This document shows, piece after piece, positions 1-15,273 of a stretch of 64,000 nt of DNA. The stretch comes from Tubiluchus corallicola (lineage: Eukaryota; Animalia; Priapulida). The notes under the pieces are model-generated. The model was not told the origin of the DNA. It made no database searches and saw nothing but the letters and a program-made list of their open reading frames with translations. Each line of letters starts with the position of its first letter. The stretch's first letter is position 1. A program made the position numbers and the translations under genes. The stretch is taken from the NCBI GenBank assembly GCA_030141605.1, contig JAQGDQ010000048.1, positions 806,001 to 870,000 on the forward strand, read 5' to 3'.

Positions 1-147
1 TTATTTATTCTGTTATTCATTCTTTTGTCGTGCCATTCTTTTATTTGTTTCTTTATTCATTCATTAGTCCATTTGTTTGTTCGTTTGTTTATTCGTTTAT
101 TCATTCATACATTCATTCCACCCAGACATTCATTCGTTTATTCATTT
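1..147. repeat. Degenerate (TTCA/TTTA/TTTG)n tetramer tract
   Basis: Directly visible. Confidence 0.75.
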
Positions 148-3100
148 AAATGTAAGTTTTGTCTCTGCAGGGTTTATTTGTTTACTGCATTAAGACATAA
201 TGGCTGGCACTATTTATTGATCAGTGGAACCTGTACTCAGTATATTAAGGATGAAGTAATGCAGGTTGACAGTTCAAATCAGATATTCTCACGATTAGTT
301 GCGCGTTGTGACTGTCGCCTCCCTCCTTTTAGGATGAATAATTGAATACTTCACACACAACTTGGCCAACAACAACAGGCTATATAATACGTGTATTGCT
401 AGGCTCTTTTACGGAAGGCTTTTGCAAGTGCATTTTCCAGTTTTTTAATACAATGTAGCACATTACAAGCTGGGATATTGCAAGTTTAGCTGATGAAACC
501 GCCCAAAAGCAAATTGGCCACCATCCATCCATAAATTCATTAATCAGGTCCCAGCTTGGTTTAACTTTACTCACAATCGCACTTCCTACACCCGCTTTAC
601 ATTTTCCCTTTGCCCTCGCCCTACAGAGCGTGTGATAAATTTTGATAAATTTCTTTTTAAATTGAGCTTTTTACTGGTATGTACCATTATCTTACTCGAC
701 CTTACAGCATGCCACTGTATTAAAAACATTTGATTTATTATGTATGCCAAACTTATGAGATGGAAATGTTAGAAACTCTATTTTTGATCACTTACTTATA
801 CGTCGTTATAAGTTCAGTTTAATTTAGCAAAGAAAATATGGGATATTGCGATTTTTTGGCAGCTCCATACAGCCTATTAAATAGACAGTGCAATGTTAAT
901 AACGTACAATGCCAGTGACTGCGCTGTATTATACTAAACGACGTTGAGAAAGTAGTCGGTGAAAACATAATAATATTTCTTGGACTAACAGATAATTTTG
1001 GCGCAATATTCCATTTCCTGTTCGTCACTTCACAGGAGGGTGTTGGGCTTCCCGTGGAGGAGGCTGGCTCACTAAAATACCAGTCATTATCTTGAAATTT
1101 CATTATTCCACCTGATTTGTTGCACACATGTCCGCTGTTTTTGTAGGCATCTTTACACTTAGCTATTAATAATTGATTTGGTTTAAATCTAATTATTTCT
1201 AATTTAAATCCGGGCTCAAATTAACCACATTTCCTTTCTTTTGCCACATTTGTTCACTAAGTTTAATAAAATAATTGGATTCTTTGTCATCATTAGTGAT
1301 TACATTTTAATTTTGAAAATTAATATAGTTTAGTGACATCGATTCCAGTGATAAAAAATGGGCTACCTACGGTCATGTCCGTCTAATTAAATATTTTTTA
1401 TAAGCACTAATTCCTTTTTGTCTAAAAGTGGGCTTACTTTGAGGATCACACTTGCACACTCACGTGGGTGCTTAGTTAATGCCAGTAATTAACCATAGTA
1501 CAACGAACATAAATAGTTTGTGTTGTATACAATTGAAAGACAATGGCTACGCGTGCCCGGATTTATCCCGTAATGGCACTTGAGAATCCGCGGTGCGCCA
1601 CGCTAAGTAGCTCTCAGTAGGATTCTGCACAGCTGAACAAGACAGCTCCTGCTAGTAGCACGTGTTCTCTCCTTTGGATAATACAGAAACCAAGCTTCGC
1701 CTAGCAGTAAATGCAAGTAAATCCTAGATTGGGTGTTTACGTCCCCGTTTTTATAAATTCTGCTAGCCTATAAGAGTGTAATTGCTTTTTAAACGCTTAC
1801 ATGGCTTTTGGTAACATCTGCATCTCGGAGAATTATAAATTCTTTTCAGTTTGAGACATAAGTAAATTTTCCCAAAATTGTTATGAAATTCCCGGAATAA
1901 AAAAGATTAATTTGAGAAGCTGTCTAGACCTGGCAGTGCATGTCTTTGGCTGCAGATAATTTGAGATAAAAAGTTTTCATCTCTTTACAACTTTGGTCTG
2001 TAAACTTTCAAACGAAAAAAGTGGGTGGTTGCGTAATTATAATTTTTCAGCTCGGCTCGCTTCTTAAATTACAATGTCGTACAGAAGCCTGTAATAGCTT
2101 TTCTTTGTGACCCGAATTAAGTGCAGTTACTTTAGTTAATGAAGTACTTATATGTCTAACAGTCCAGTATCTGCTAAAAACTTACCGCTTGATCAGTTCT
2201 TAAAAACGGTTGCTTCTTACAGTAAGGGTCAAGTGCTAGTAAGGTATATGTATATATTTATATATTTGTTGTAATTGGGCAACTGAACTTGCTACTATAA
2301 TTATTTTGTTTGTTCTTATCGTCAGCACTTTTGATATAGGAAACTTGTCCCGTGTCTCAGTTGAATGATTGATTTTATTGATCATTTCTCTGACATTTAT
2401 TTCCATTTCCTACAATAGGTGTCCTAGTATTACAATTACTGGTGCAATTATTTATTTATTTATTTCATGTTCCGACCATTTCCATAGGGGTGTGAATAAA
2501 AATGGTTTACTTGATTAGTTTGCGATGCCTTTCTTGGCATTATCTTGACTTATGTGATTGAGAAGATCTCCGTCATCTGGCGGAGACACACATCTTCTGA
2601 CTGGGCCTTAAGAGCAGTATTAATTGAGTGAGATTCGTTCGTGCCTTGTAAACCTTCAAAGGTGAATCGGTTCTAGTCTGCTGTTCATACCTTCCCCATT
2701 GTTATGTGAGTTGTGTATTTCGGTGTTGTATGATTTCCGAGCATGCTGCGTTCGCCAAACCAGTATTCTTGTATCACATCGATTGTGAATATATTACGTT
2801 TTTGTGTTTTTCGTCAGGGATTCTCACCAGGTCAGTTATTTGCTAACTTTTGTTTTGGTTTAATATGACAGGGTGGGCGGAACTGCGTTTCTTGTCCATC
2901 TTTCTCTCCAGTGTTTAAATGGACGAATAGCCCATTTTCGTTTGTTAACACATTTTTAATATAACAGTTATGGAATTTCTAATTTTTAAAAATCACTACC
3001 AGAGCTTTTAATTTGGGAAGTAAAAGTATGACGTATAAATAACATGCGAGCACATGGAAAGTTAACACGGCAAAAAATTCAAATGTTTTTTCTGGAATGT

Positions 3101-4813
3101 AGTGCATCGAGATGTAACAACGATTCTTCAGTAAGTGTAGACCACTTAATATCGTCGGAGTCCAGCTCTGTGCATGATAGGCTCTTATGCGTGGTGTCTA
3201 AAGCGCGATTCTTTTTCGAAAGTATTTTTCAAATGGCACCGTTTAGTGCATTATTACCTATATGTAAGTCTTTGTAAAGCCAATTCAGGTGCCACTACTT
3301 TCCTACTCAAATATTCTAGAATTCTGTATAGATTAAATTTTCAGCTGCCTATAACTCGATGCCATATGCCGAAGATGAATCCGTCAGGAAGCGACTACAT
3401 AGAGACATCATGGAACTTTAGTACTGCACTTTTGCACCAGTATATATTTGTTTTTCGTACACCAACAAAACCTTTTAGAATTTGAATCATTGGCTGTATT
3501 TAATTCTAAAATACTAATAGAAAACCATAGACCAATTATTGAATCATTGGCTCTTTATATTTTAGAGAAAATGTCGCGAAAATAGACACTATCTGCATTG
3601 AAAAGTTTAATTAATAAATTTTATGTTGATTATTTATTCCTGATTAAGGCTAACATTTAAAAATGTAATTAAGAAGAAGTGTTTTTCTTGAAATCACATT
3701 TTTTCAAGAATAATCTTAGCGTGCTTGTGAGTCTGTAGATAAAGCGCTCGTAATTAGGTTTGCCTGTTTTCTGCTTCCGAGTCAAATTCTTTCTCTCGTC
3801 TACAGTTTCTGGTGTCAGCTACATTTGCATCGTTTTCATCACCTCTACGTACTTCAATATTCTTGCAATTCTTCTTTATTTTCTGGGAGGGATTTCTAGT
3901 TTGCTTCCTGTCAAATGCCTCAGCCATTTCCCAGCTATCAGTCATGTGAACAGGGACGTTTGTGCTTCGGACGTCATCGAATGTTGATCTCGGGAACACG
4001 TATCTGTCATCATCTGCAAATTGCCAGTTGGTAGAATTCCAACCATCCTTGTGACACCTCCGGGCGACTGGTGTTGCATGAGGAAACACTGCTTCTTAAT
4101 TTGCATCACATGTTCGTGGGAATCATTAGAACATGCAACCAGGAATAGTTGAACTTGGTTTCTTATTCAGTGGGAAACCACTACGCCTGATTTTGTGAAC
4201 GTATTTCAGTATATACCACAAATATTTGCATTAACATACATTCAAAAGGTTATTGAGTTATTTATTTCCATCCTATCATTAAAATTAATGTAGACCTATT
4301 AATTACCTGCATACTGGTGAGTTTTGTTTTACTTTCAATTCTATATACTGTGGATCAGGTAAAAAAACGAATCTAAGCATATATTAAACCAAGCTTACGC
4401 AAAATATAAGCTGGACTGGAAGGTAATTAAAAAACAACAGTGATCAGAGAAGAATGATTGAATGATACATGTGATATGAGCTAAAAAATCCGAAAAGTAA
4501 ATTTTGGACGATAAACGACGCTTGATATTAAAGGCGTTTGTTTTTCAAACTGCAATTGATTTGCAGCAAGAAAATTACACGTTTGTTCTTTATAGCAACT
4601 TTCTGAGGGATCGCCAAACAGCCACGCCTCCTCATATTATTTTGCTCATTATTATTAAGTGTTTTATTTTTTAAGGTGTGAAATACATCTGAGTATAGAA
4701 TCTAGACATTTATTTGAATTATTATTCTACGAGTTTAAATTCATCAAGTCTCGCCATCGATACTTATTAATTTGCGTCTTCTTATAGTAAAGTTAAACCT
4801 GTACGTTTTGCAG

Positions 4814-4964
4814 GCAACTTCAGCGGCACATTCGCCGTTAGGGTTTGCATCTAGCCATCACCCACCTTTAGAAGAACCTAGATCTAGGCAATATACTGGA
4901 ACGCCAGCAGAGTTGTCACAAGGAGGTCCTCCGTCGCATGCCACTGTAGACAGCAGTGACTGTG
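4814..4964 (+). CDS. Meis: Meis/hth copy A, internal exon (homologous to Meis exon 7, linker between MEIS/HM domain and homeodomain); upstream exons lie outside the window
   Basis: Acceptor ttttgcag|, donor G|gtgagt; phase 0 to phase 1, in frame with the next exon. ATSAAHSPLGFASSHHPPLEEPRSRQYTGTPAELSQGGPPSHATVDSSDC(G) resembles the vertebrate linker GTPGPSSGGHTSHSGDNSSEQG. Confidence 0.75.
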
Positions 4965-5090
4965 GTGAGTTAAGAATGATTGTTGTATTTAATTGTTTAG
5001 AAATTGTTAAAGAGCTCGTATGACGACACATTTTAAGTTTTTCAAAAATGCGTTTTAATTCCTTTCAATTCCAATTCCTTTTATAGCTTT

Positions 5091-5344
<254 letters not shown>

Positions 5345-8300
5345 TAATATGTTATTCTCTGTAGGATTTAGACTTGTAGTAATTGCTACGTGTAACCATT
5401 GTAAATTTTAAATAATGATTATTTTCTATGGAAAAAAGTCTTTCGATACTTTGTATTGAACGGGAGCTGATCACGTTACTGCTTTGTTTACTTGCCCATG
5501 GCCATTATTTCTCCCTCTGTGCGCCTTTCTATCTCAGTGTACATGTTAGAAATCTGTCTTGCTTGAAATTAGAGACACGACAAATTAGATGTGTGACTAG
5601 ACTGTAATTATGAACTTGACTAGGAGAAGCATCTGGGCATTGGTTTATTTACAAGGAATTAGTCAAGCGATGAACACGGTTGGGGAGGGGGAGAGCAGGG
5701 TGCTGACTCTTGGGTCTTTTTGGAGTGTTTGCACAAAAACTTAAAATGTGTAATGTCCGGTTAGGAACTTAATTATTACATAAATGAGCGATTGGTCGGC
5801 AAAGAGTAGTTTCTTAGCTAACAAAAAATAAGCTATGCGTTTGTTGTAATGATTCTCTGTTTTAAGACAGACCCCAGATAAATGCGTACACATTCCATAT
5901 AGATATACCAAACACATCAATCTTTTTTGCTTGTCATGTAAAATATTATTTGTATTTCGCACTTGTGCCTTGCAGTACATGTACTGATGGGCCTATATTT
6001 ATTTACAGTACGAAGTAAAAATCTTAAGACTAGGACGTACGAATATTACTAGAATGCTTTTGAAATACAAACACAGTGCTATTAACAAAGTTGGCCCAAA
6101 AGTTACGAGCTTGTGCTCAATCATGTCTAATGTTACGCAAACAAACTACAGTCATTAATTACGTTTTGTTATAATTATTCACATTGTTAATAAATTTAAG
6201 GTCGTTCAAATGACTGATGATATTTATTTTACAAGTTGCTCATGTTTTTTTCTTAAAAACATCGTACAGAAATCTACATACTACAATTAAAAATATTCAC
6301 AATAGAAATTGTATGAAACACCTCGCGCTCTGTATGATTGCATTGACAGTTCGTTTGCTCTGTAATCAAGGTAAAGAAAAGCTGTAAAGATTTTTTTAAT
6401 CTCGTTCAAACAGAATGCACTGATAAAGACATTAGTCTACCCATGTCTTATCACCTTTGAGCCAAAGTACAGTGCATAAACTAATAGAATTTAAATACTT
6501 TATCATGCAAGGTAGGCACAAAATGTGTTTGGAATGCTCACTCGAAATTGCTAAAAAGAATCGCTGATCAAAAGAACAGTCATAGCTTACCCACCAAACG
6601 TCCAAAAAAATAGTAATGAGACAATATTGTGTTTCTTGTTTTTGTTTTATTTATGCCAGTTGAAGAAACGAATGAATGGATAATCAATTGATTGATTGAC
6701 TGAGCTGTATATACAAATTAGCAAAAAGTAAATTACCAAATAAGTGAGTGAATGAGTGAGTGATTAAATGTGTGAGCGACCGAGCGATCAAGTAAAAAAT
6801 GAAAGAACGACAGATGAGCGCGCTAATAAAATTAAACAAAAATGAACAAATTAATTGAATAACTAATTAACAAATTCCAAAACATTTTCCTTTATTTACT
6901 TTTCTTAAATGCGTTTTTAACTATATATAAATATTATATGGAATTTTGACACTTGACCTGTAATAGTTCCTAACTTAGATCCATTGAATAATGTTAAGGT
7001 ACTGCTAACTGTAACCACAAATGCGTTTAACGTAAAGGACATTTTGAGTGAGAGAAAAAGAGCAAATATTTACATTACCCTGTATTTAAACGTAGGACGA
7101 ACTGTTTACTGTGGGTAGTTTTACATTTACTTTTTAATTATGCGGATGTAATTTTTTGTGACTCTTAATTGCTGAGGTAAATTCAAATATTGTTTTCCAC
7201 ATGTAGAAAAATTGTTAAACATTATGGTTTTTTCTGTGTGGAAGCGTCACTATTTGTTTTGCTTATTCTATTTATTTGTTTAACATTAAACGACGCATTT
7301 TCAACGAATATTTTTCGTTTACTATAATACTGTATGCATTTTTTATTTTCGACATTTTTCTCATCCTATTTACATACTAACATAGCTTTTCTTTAGTTTG
7401 TTTCACATTGGCTGTGGTGGTTTATGTACACAGGTGTGTGATGCTGATAATTTAGGTAACTTGCAATTTTGCAAAGCAGCATCAGGAAGCGCGTGCTGAC
7501 GTCATATACGTATTTAATCTGGTTAGTCGTATTTAACAATTTGGTTCATCTTTTATGCGATAATTCATTTAATTCGCCTTGTAAAATTAAATTGAAATTA
7601 TTGGACTAATTTCAGTAGGAAGGGTGTTTTATATAGTTCAAAGTAAATGCCTTTGTTATGTTATATTTGGCGGACGCCCTCCAAGACATTTACTGTTTCT
7701 ATAAACAGAAGTCCCAGCAAAAAGCCCCACTTGGATTATTTATGAAAGAAAGTACAGGGAAATGACACACCTGTAATTAGTACCTGCGCATCATACCGCT
7801 GACACACCCTAGCTGCGGCTGATCTCAGAAAAACGACACAAATCAATCACTGGCTTGACTGACAGGTGAACAGCCAGGTGGGTGAGAAGGGGAAGGTATC
7901 TCATTAAGGTGTGTGTACACATTTTTGAATAATTTACCAGTGTTTCGCTATGCCGGGCCTTTGTAGATGAGTTTCAACATACTTATGTTGGATAATTTAG
8001 TGAATTTAATAAGTTGCATTGTTTTGTCGCGAGGTTTTTGAACCATGTATAAAAATGTTATGCGGAATTTTGATAATTTAAAACAAAATATTTCAGTCAA
8101 TTTAATACATTAACAAATAAAAAATGACGAATAGCTGATTTTCCAAGTAATCATATAATAAAGTGACAAACAAAAAAGACCTAAAAAGAACTAAACATAT
8201 ATTCCCGCTTTTTAGTTCTCTTTGCACGTTTTATCTTCTTGACTTTATTTTTCTTTTTCTTTTTTATTTATTTGTGCATATATTTATTAAATTGCTAGGT

Positions 8301-11300
8301 TGACACTGTTGTCAGCTGTTAAACTAAGTTATGCAAACTTGTGAAATTAATTTAGTCATTTCAAATTGACAAAACATTATGGTGTGTGTCCGCTTTGTGC
8401 GTAAAGTCAGTCAATAAGCATAGTTTTTGTATTTGTTTATATGTATTACATTGCTATAATATTGTTTTGTCCAACTAACCAATAAGCACCCACCGTTTTC
8501 AGCCTATGGCATTATTTTTATTTTATTTTTATGCTTTTTAAGCTTTTTACATTAAGTTTTTTAAGCGTTTTACCAGTTTCACATTATGCATTCCCTGAAA
8601 TGTTAATCCTGCTATCACTGAACACACTATCCTTTATGCATCACAGACTCACTTATTCCCCAATGTACTGTCATTCCTTTCAGCAATGTGCTATATTGGC
8701 TTTCATCCTTAGAACATTATTATTCCAGCTAACAATAGGCATGAAATTAACAGACCCAGATACAATGCATGGGAGATTTAAGCAATCAGATTAGTCAGTA
8801 ATTATATTCTTTATTCATTAATGTGTTGCACGTCTTACCATTAGCTGCAACAGACCTTAATTTAATGCTAACAGTTTTGCGGTTTCAGTGTAGACTAGAG
8901 TGCAAATCGGCAGTTTTATATTTTTGTACATATTCCTATGGCCTGAAAAGCAAACAGATTAGTTTTTGTGAGACTGCTGGCTGACTGAACAATCAAGTTA
9001 CTAGAAAAATTGGCGATAAACAATTTTTACCAACATTCAATCAAAAGAAACAAATGAACAACAAAAAAGGAAAATGACAAGTTAAACAAAGCCACATAAC
9101 TGGCAGACAAAAATTGTCGCTAAACAACCTTAATTTATTGTTAGCTAGTTTCAAAGACTTTCTGCATCGTCAAAGCACTAAAATAATAAAAAATGCTAGA
9201 GATAGAAACAACTTACTTAAGCATAAATAAATATACATTTCGTTAACTAAATATTAACAATTAATAGCTTCACTACAGTATACAAACTTTAAACTATTGA
9301 CGGCTTGGTGTAACATTTGACTGACTACCAGTTCATGTAGATTTAAGCTGCTTCTATACGCTGGCAGTTTTTTAGTGCTTTGAAAATAAAACAAACTTTG
9401 AAATCGCGCAGCAATATATTACGTAAAGACTGATACTCAATATTCAACAAAAAAGCTTAACGGCTATACTGCACTCAAAGTACTTCTTTTCCCATAACGA
9501 AAATCCTTTATAATTGCTGTAAGCAAAGAACGTAAAATAATCTGAGGAGTTCATTTTTACTCATTTTTACATTTGCACATTTTTTACATAAAAAATATTT
9601 TTACGATCTTAATTTTCTTTTCTTAATGTAGTATGTGTTGACGGTTTTTATCGTTTTCATACCTGTTTTATTCTACTGCTGCCTACATGGCTAGCCCTGA
9701 AAAATGCATCTAATAAATCTGCAGTTTTTTTATTAATATTTTTCCAACTTGCTCATCACTTATGAATGATAAGCCACAAACAGAAATCGCTTTTAATTTT
9801 TCAGTAATGCTGATTTACAGCAGCGGCATTCTTTGTCTTTTTAGGTGTTTTCGCTCTAACAGCCATTTTATTGCCCCAGATATAATGGATCCTAGTTAAC
9901 ACTGCAACTTGATCATTTCTGCTTCTTTTTACACCAGAAATTGATGAGCTAACAAAGCTTTACTGTTAATGCTTGATAAATCCCTTTGGAATACTCGCAA
10001 GATGTTGTTTTATCCTCCTGCTTATGCCTGGCTAAGCCGGGGTTTGGTTAAAACATCACCATCGTTTTACTACCCCACTAGACTTAGGCCTCTATAGACT
10101 TCCTTCCAATATAGTCATAAACTGTCTTATTAGAACTTTAGATTTACGAAATGTTATCGCGGTTTACGTTAGTGATAGTGTTTAATTTTGCCAAAAATAA
10201 AACAATCTGACATTATATTGAAAGTAGTTTGCTAATTCATAAAATTCTAAAGAAAAAAGGTCTTTCCAAATATAGTTTTTCTTACCATTGAATTGTCGAA
10301 TCGCTTTAGTTATTGAGTTTTCAGTAAAAAAGTTAATGAGCTACAATCAGTTACTTTATCGTACTGGAAAATAGTATAACAATGTAATTGTTGCAGTTTA
10401 CAGCTAAGAAGTTACTGTTCTGGCTTATCACAAATTATAGGATGTGTTTGGTAGATGATGAATGTAAACCTGACTGCAATCAAATCATCGTGCATTATTA
10501 TTGGTTTCCTAAAAATAAATTGCTAAGCTACAAAAATATCGCAATCAATGACTTTTTAAACTCGCATCAGGCATAAAAATAATATTAGTTTTTGGCTGAA
10601 CATCGCTGTAGCGGAACTTGAAATGGAAGACATGAAATTATCTTTGCCCTCTGTGTATGTGTATATGCAGCCTGGATATGTATAATGCAGCAAATGCGGG
10701 AGGTTTTTATGAAAATTTGCCTGTTGGGATAAATAATGTAGAATAGTCAACCAATCTAAATATTATAATTCCTACAAATGGGACAGAGCTGCGCAATTTT
10801 TCTTTCAGAAACCAAATTACACTTTCCAATTTTCTCAGGAAAGTCTTTTCTTTCATCTTGTATTATTTTAATCCTCGCCACACACTCATTGGAAATGCAT
10901 TAAAATTGCGCCTAATGGCGTTCGGCCATGCCCGTCAGCCCCAATTTGCATCCGAGCGCGCATTTTTGCGATTTTGTCGTAATGCAGTTATGCATGCTCT
11001 TTTGTTAGACGCTTTTATTCACGGAATTATGAAAGTTAATTAGGATTGCGCATTTTTAGGAAGGGGTAGGTTTCACTGATTGAGTGTGTATACGAACCAT
11101 TTCGAAAATCCTGTTTTTGCTAGATGTAAATTTTTGTTGGGATTCCCCAAAACTTTTATAATTGTTAAAAAACATTTAGGACTTAGTGGACCCTGTTGTT
11201 GTCCTTTCCTATTTGAAGCTAATGATGTTATTAAATTTAGGCTCAATTAATAATTTTTCAATGATTTGCTTAACATGATTTTTATCTGCTGTAGAAAAAT

Positions 11301-14300
11301 TGAAAAAAAGCATTCTTCACTATATAGTCACAGAACTTCGGGCTAGTAGCGTTTCTATTTCAAACGTCATTTTATTTCCGACATCGTTCATAAGTGACTG
11401 TGCTGTTAGTCTATCTTTTATTTTTGTTTATTTGGCGCAATTTTCGGCAGCGTAGGCAATCTTTAATGCGTTAGAAATTAAAGAAATTATTTTCACTTAG
11501 AAACTTTGGCCATCTGGATTGTAAGAAGGCTAAACAGACTTAGTGATTCAATTGTGTGAACGTATTACAGACACGCCTTTTTATTATGTTACTTTCATGC
11601 CAGCAAAATTAAATTTTTTAGGTTTAGGTATGCTTATTTTATTTTCTCAACAGAATGGCTTACTCCGTATGTAGCTAAGCTCTCAGAATGTACCTGTACT
11701 GACGATCGGTGCCTTCGTCATTGTTATAGAGTTTAGGTGTGTTTGCTAAGGACACGTATCCATCATGATATGTTTAAATACGGCATGAAGAGTAACAGTA
11801 TTTGCTCAATATTTCTCCTCAGTATACAGCCATTTCTGGTCTTATATTTATTATATTGTTTCGCAGATCCCATTATGAGTCCGTCGAGTATAACTGCGAT
11901 TATTTTTATGACATGTCAGCTGAGTTTTGCCAATAGCGGGCGTACCGCAGGGGCCCATTGTGTCACCTAATTGCTTGTGTTTGCATGCCGGGTAATTAAA
12001 GCGGACAGAAAATGAGAAAAATATTGTCTGCTGTTGATTACATCAGGAAATGCTGTTTGATGTACATTTTTGCAAGAAAGGGGAGGTTTGCAGATTTATT
12101 TACACTGTTCGCTGGCATGCATGATGGAAAACTTGATTTTTGCATTGTAAAAATGTTAATACACAATGGTAGTTTGTATAAATTCTAAACCTGAAACCAT
12201 CACCACTGGCTATGTGCTCCAGGAATAGAAATAGCCATTCATTCTTTTTCTATTCATAGAACATAGATATAGATATATTTACACATGTCTGTACAAAGTT
12301 ATAGATTCTATTTCTATATATATAAATATGGATACATGTATATCAGTGTCTATATCTATAGAAATAGAATCTGTAGCTATGTTAGAGTACTAACGAACAC
12401 ATTTTTTCTATTACCAATTTGAATTTAATGTGAATTCTCTACAAAAAACTACCCGCATACTGCTGCCGTGAAAAAAAAAGAGTAAACTCAGTCTAGCAGA
12501 ATTTAAGTCATTGGCGCTTAATTTTCTGTAGTCAATTGTTTTGGATAAAATGTCTTTCATCAAGGTTGATATTCTCTTTTAGAAGGTTCCGCAACTGATG
12601 TGATTTGAAGAATTTTGTTAAAGTATAAGAAACTTCTATTCCTGGCGGCGTAAAAACCTCTAATGTTATTAACGCTTATATCGGAATCTTAACAAATCTT
12701 AATTTGATCAAATTTTGCCCGAAGCGTTTTCGTTGAAGTATTTTCACTGTTACTTAACGTTATCACGTTTTTCTCAACATATATTTAGACCTAAGTGCTT
12801 TCATCATGGCTCCACCGTGTATGCAACTCCACTGTTTTCACCACAAGTTGGTACTGCTGCGATTCTTCCTTCGCCTTGCTGTACCGCCCATTTGCATTCT
12901 GTTAGTGTCAGAAGCCGTATAGTAATGGTCGTAAATAAGGAGTGTTTACAGCCCTCAAGAGAAAGAGGATCAACACTGCGGTGCGCTACTGTAATCCTCT
13001 TTATTAAGAAGAAATTAGCCGCCGAGGAAGGAAAGCTGTATACTGAGGGAGCTGGCAGTGATGATATATATCTGAACATGAATGTAGGTAACAAGCGTCG
13101 CCGTACCAGAGGCCTATTAAAATAAGTCGCGAAGTGTGTAGTGCCATTGCTCCTTAGATCAACAATAGTTGGTAACTTCCACAGATTTGCGACAATAGAG
13201 TGACATTTCTCTGGCATAAATATGATTCTTCTAATAAGGTTTGCGTTAAAAAGAAACTCTCATAAAAACAAGGTACAACTAAAACAGCGAAAGAAACAGC
13301 AGTACCTTCATATCCCATTCTGTTTAATTCAGGAGCTTGAGGAACCTTTGCACCTTTGAACCTGTGTTAAAAGGTCAAGCCTATGAACACTGAACATCTT
13401 TCTTTTTGCCTTCATTTTGTTCAAAAAAAACATTTTGTACAAGCTCTCTTAACTGGGAATAACTTTCATTTCCATGACAGTATTATGTTGTAAAAAATCT
13501 ATTATTGCTTTGACAAATTGCTCTTCTAACTGCGGCTATAATAGCATTTATACACAAGACACTCACCGCCTCTCACACAAAAGGCAGTTTAAAACTTTTC
13601 CAGCGCGCAGATTAAATTAGCAAATTAATTTTCCACTGGGTGGCCGCATGTTGAATAGAAGCTGTAGTTTTATTAGAAGCCAGATAAAGGCAAGATGATC
13701 GAGTTGTAAGGAAAAGAAGAAATTGCTGCAAAGTTACGTGATTATAGGCTGCGAATTTAGTAATGGAAAGTGCAATAAGCTTATTCTCCTGGGATTTTTA
13801 ACTGATTACATGGCTTCGTTTAGCGTAATATGTATATATTTACATATTACATAAAAGCCCCATACACCAGGAGCTTTTATACTTTGTGAAGTTTTTCAAA
13901 CGGTGAGCTCCTTAATAGGCATAATAACTATATCTTTAAGAAGTAAGTTCTCTATAATTCAAAAGTTTTAAAAGAGATTGTTTCTTTCAGAAGTTTTGAA
14001 AATAACTGTACCATTGAAAACTTCTTTATATATCACCGTTAATGTATATAACTTGTCTCAATTTTCTGTCAATTTCGTGTACAATATTACAGGTTCATTT
14101 ACATTTTCTGTGCATGCGTGCCCAAGTCTTCACTTAAAAAGGCGCCTCACAAAATGAAACTCCCTTTAGATGTTTTACTGAATGATTACGGTCGCCCAAA
14201 ACCGACAAAACTCACAAGACAGAGGACCATTATATGAAACAGGAAAAGAAACAGGCGGAAAATTAACGTCTAATCAGGATTGATACACAAACAATGCATC

Positions 14301-15121
14301 GAGCGAAAATGAATCCAAATCCGCCACAATGGACGGATAAATTGTATCTCGCACGAGCTAAGTCGATTAATGAGCGAACTTGAAGATAGCGACAGGCCGT
14401 GTTATTGGGTCTTTGGGGGGAAGTCAAGGGGAAATTGTTTGTAATTACTTTGCCGTTTTTGTCCGTGGCAAAATGTTTAACCGTTAAAAGTTCGGGTAGA
14501 GATAAACATTGGACGCATGCATTCGTCATGCATCATTACTGTGAAACCACACGTGCTACGAAACAGGAAATCAATGAGTGAATGGAAAATATTTATATTA
14601 CATTGTATGACTTCATTTTTTCGTTCGTGGTTAGCAAAATTCCAAAAGTGTCTTGCGTTAGTCTGTTTGGTTATTTATAATTTATATGATAGGCTTTTTT
14701 GTAACAGTAATTAACAAACATAGTCACTATTGGAATTCACCACATGACTGGCTAGGCGTTTCTTAGTTACTATAAATGCCTAACGTAATTTAATCTAATG
14801 TGGCGACGTCTCCTCCTAAAATTTCTCAGTGGCATTTTTTAACTAATTTTTCCTGCTTTCGCGCTGATGAGTTTCTAAGTTAAATTCGTTATATAGTTAG
14901 CAGGTTAAGTTGAGAAAAAATCATAGTGGCACTGAATTTTTTACTAGTTAATGTTTTTGGAAGCCAGTTGACAAAATCTTCATTTTTGCATTCTTGGAGC
15001 AATAGCAAAAAAGCTATTTTAGAATGTAAATTCGTTCTGAGATTGAGATTCCTGCTGCAAAACCGCTTTCAGAAAAATTTATTTAATTCGTCTATTGTTG
15101 ACTATCTGTTTATTCTTATAG

Positions 15122-15273
15122 GAGATCAAATGGACAACAGCCTTGGTTCACAAGACGGTAGTGATCTAGAGGGCAGCACCGATGACCCAAAAGGAAAACG
15201 GCAAAAGAAACGGGGAATTTTTCCAAAAGTTGCTACAAATATAATGCGAGCGTGGTTATTTCAACATTTAAGT
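15122..15273 (+). CDS. Meis: Meis/hth copy A exon 8: acidic linker plus homeodomain N-terminal arm and helix 1
   Basis: Acceptor ttcttatag|, donor |gtaagt; encodes (G)[50 protein letters not shown], the diagnostic Meis/hth homeodomain start. Confidence 0.97.

Noticed and set aside
12715-13217. Overlapping 136/137-aa ORFs on opposite strands in intron 7
   Set aside because: No recognisable domain or splice structure; expected in a locally GC-richer stretch.
14926-15121. N-terminal part of the 165-aa ORF as coding sequence
   Set aside because: It lies upstream of the clear acceptor at 15120-15121; Meis similarity begins only at GDQMDNS.
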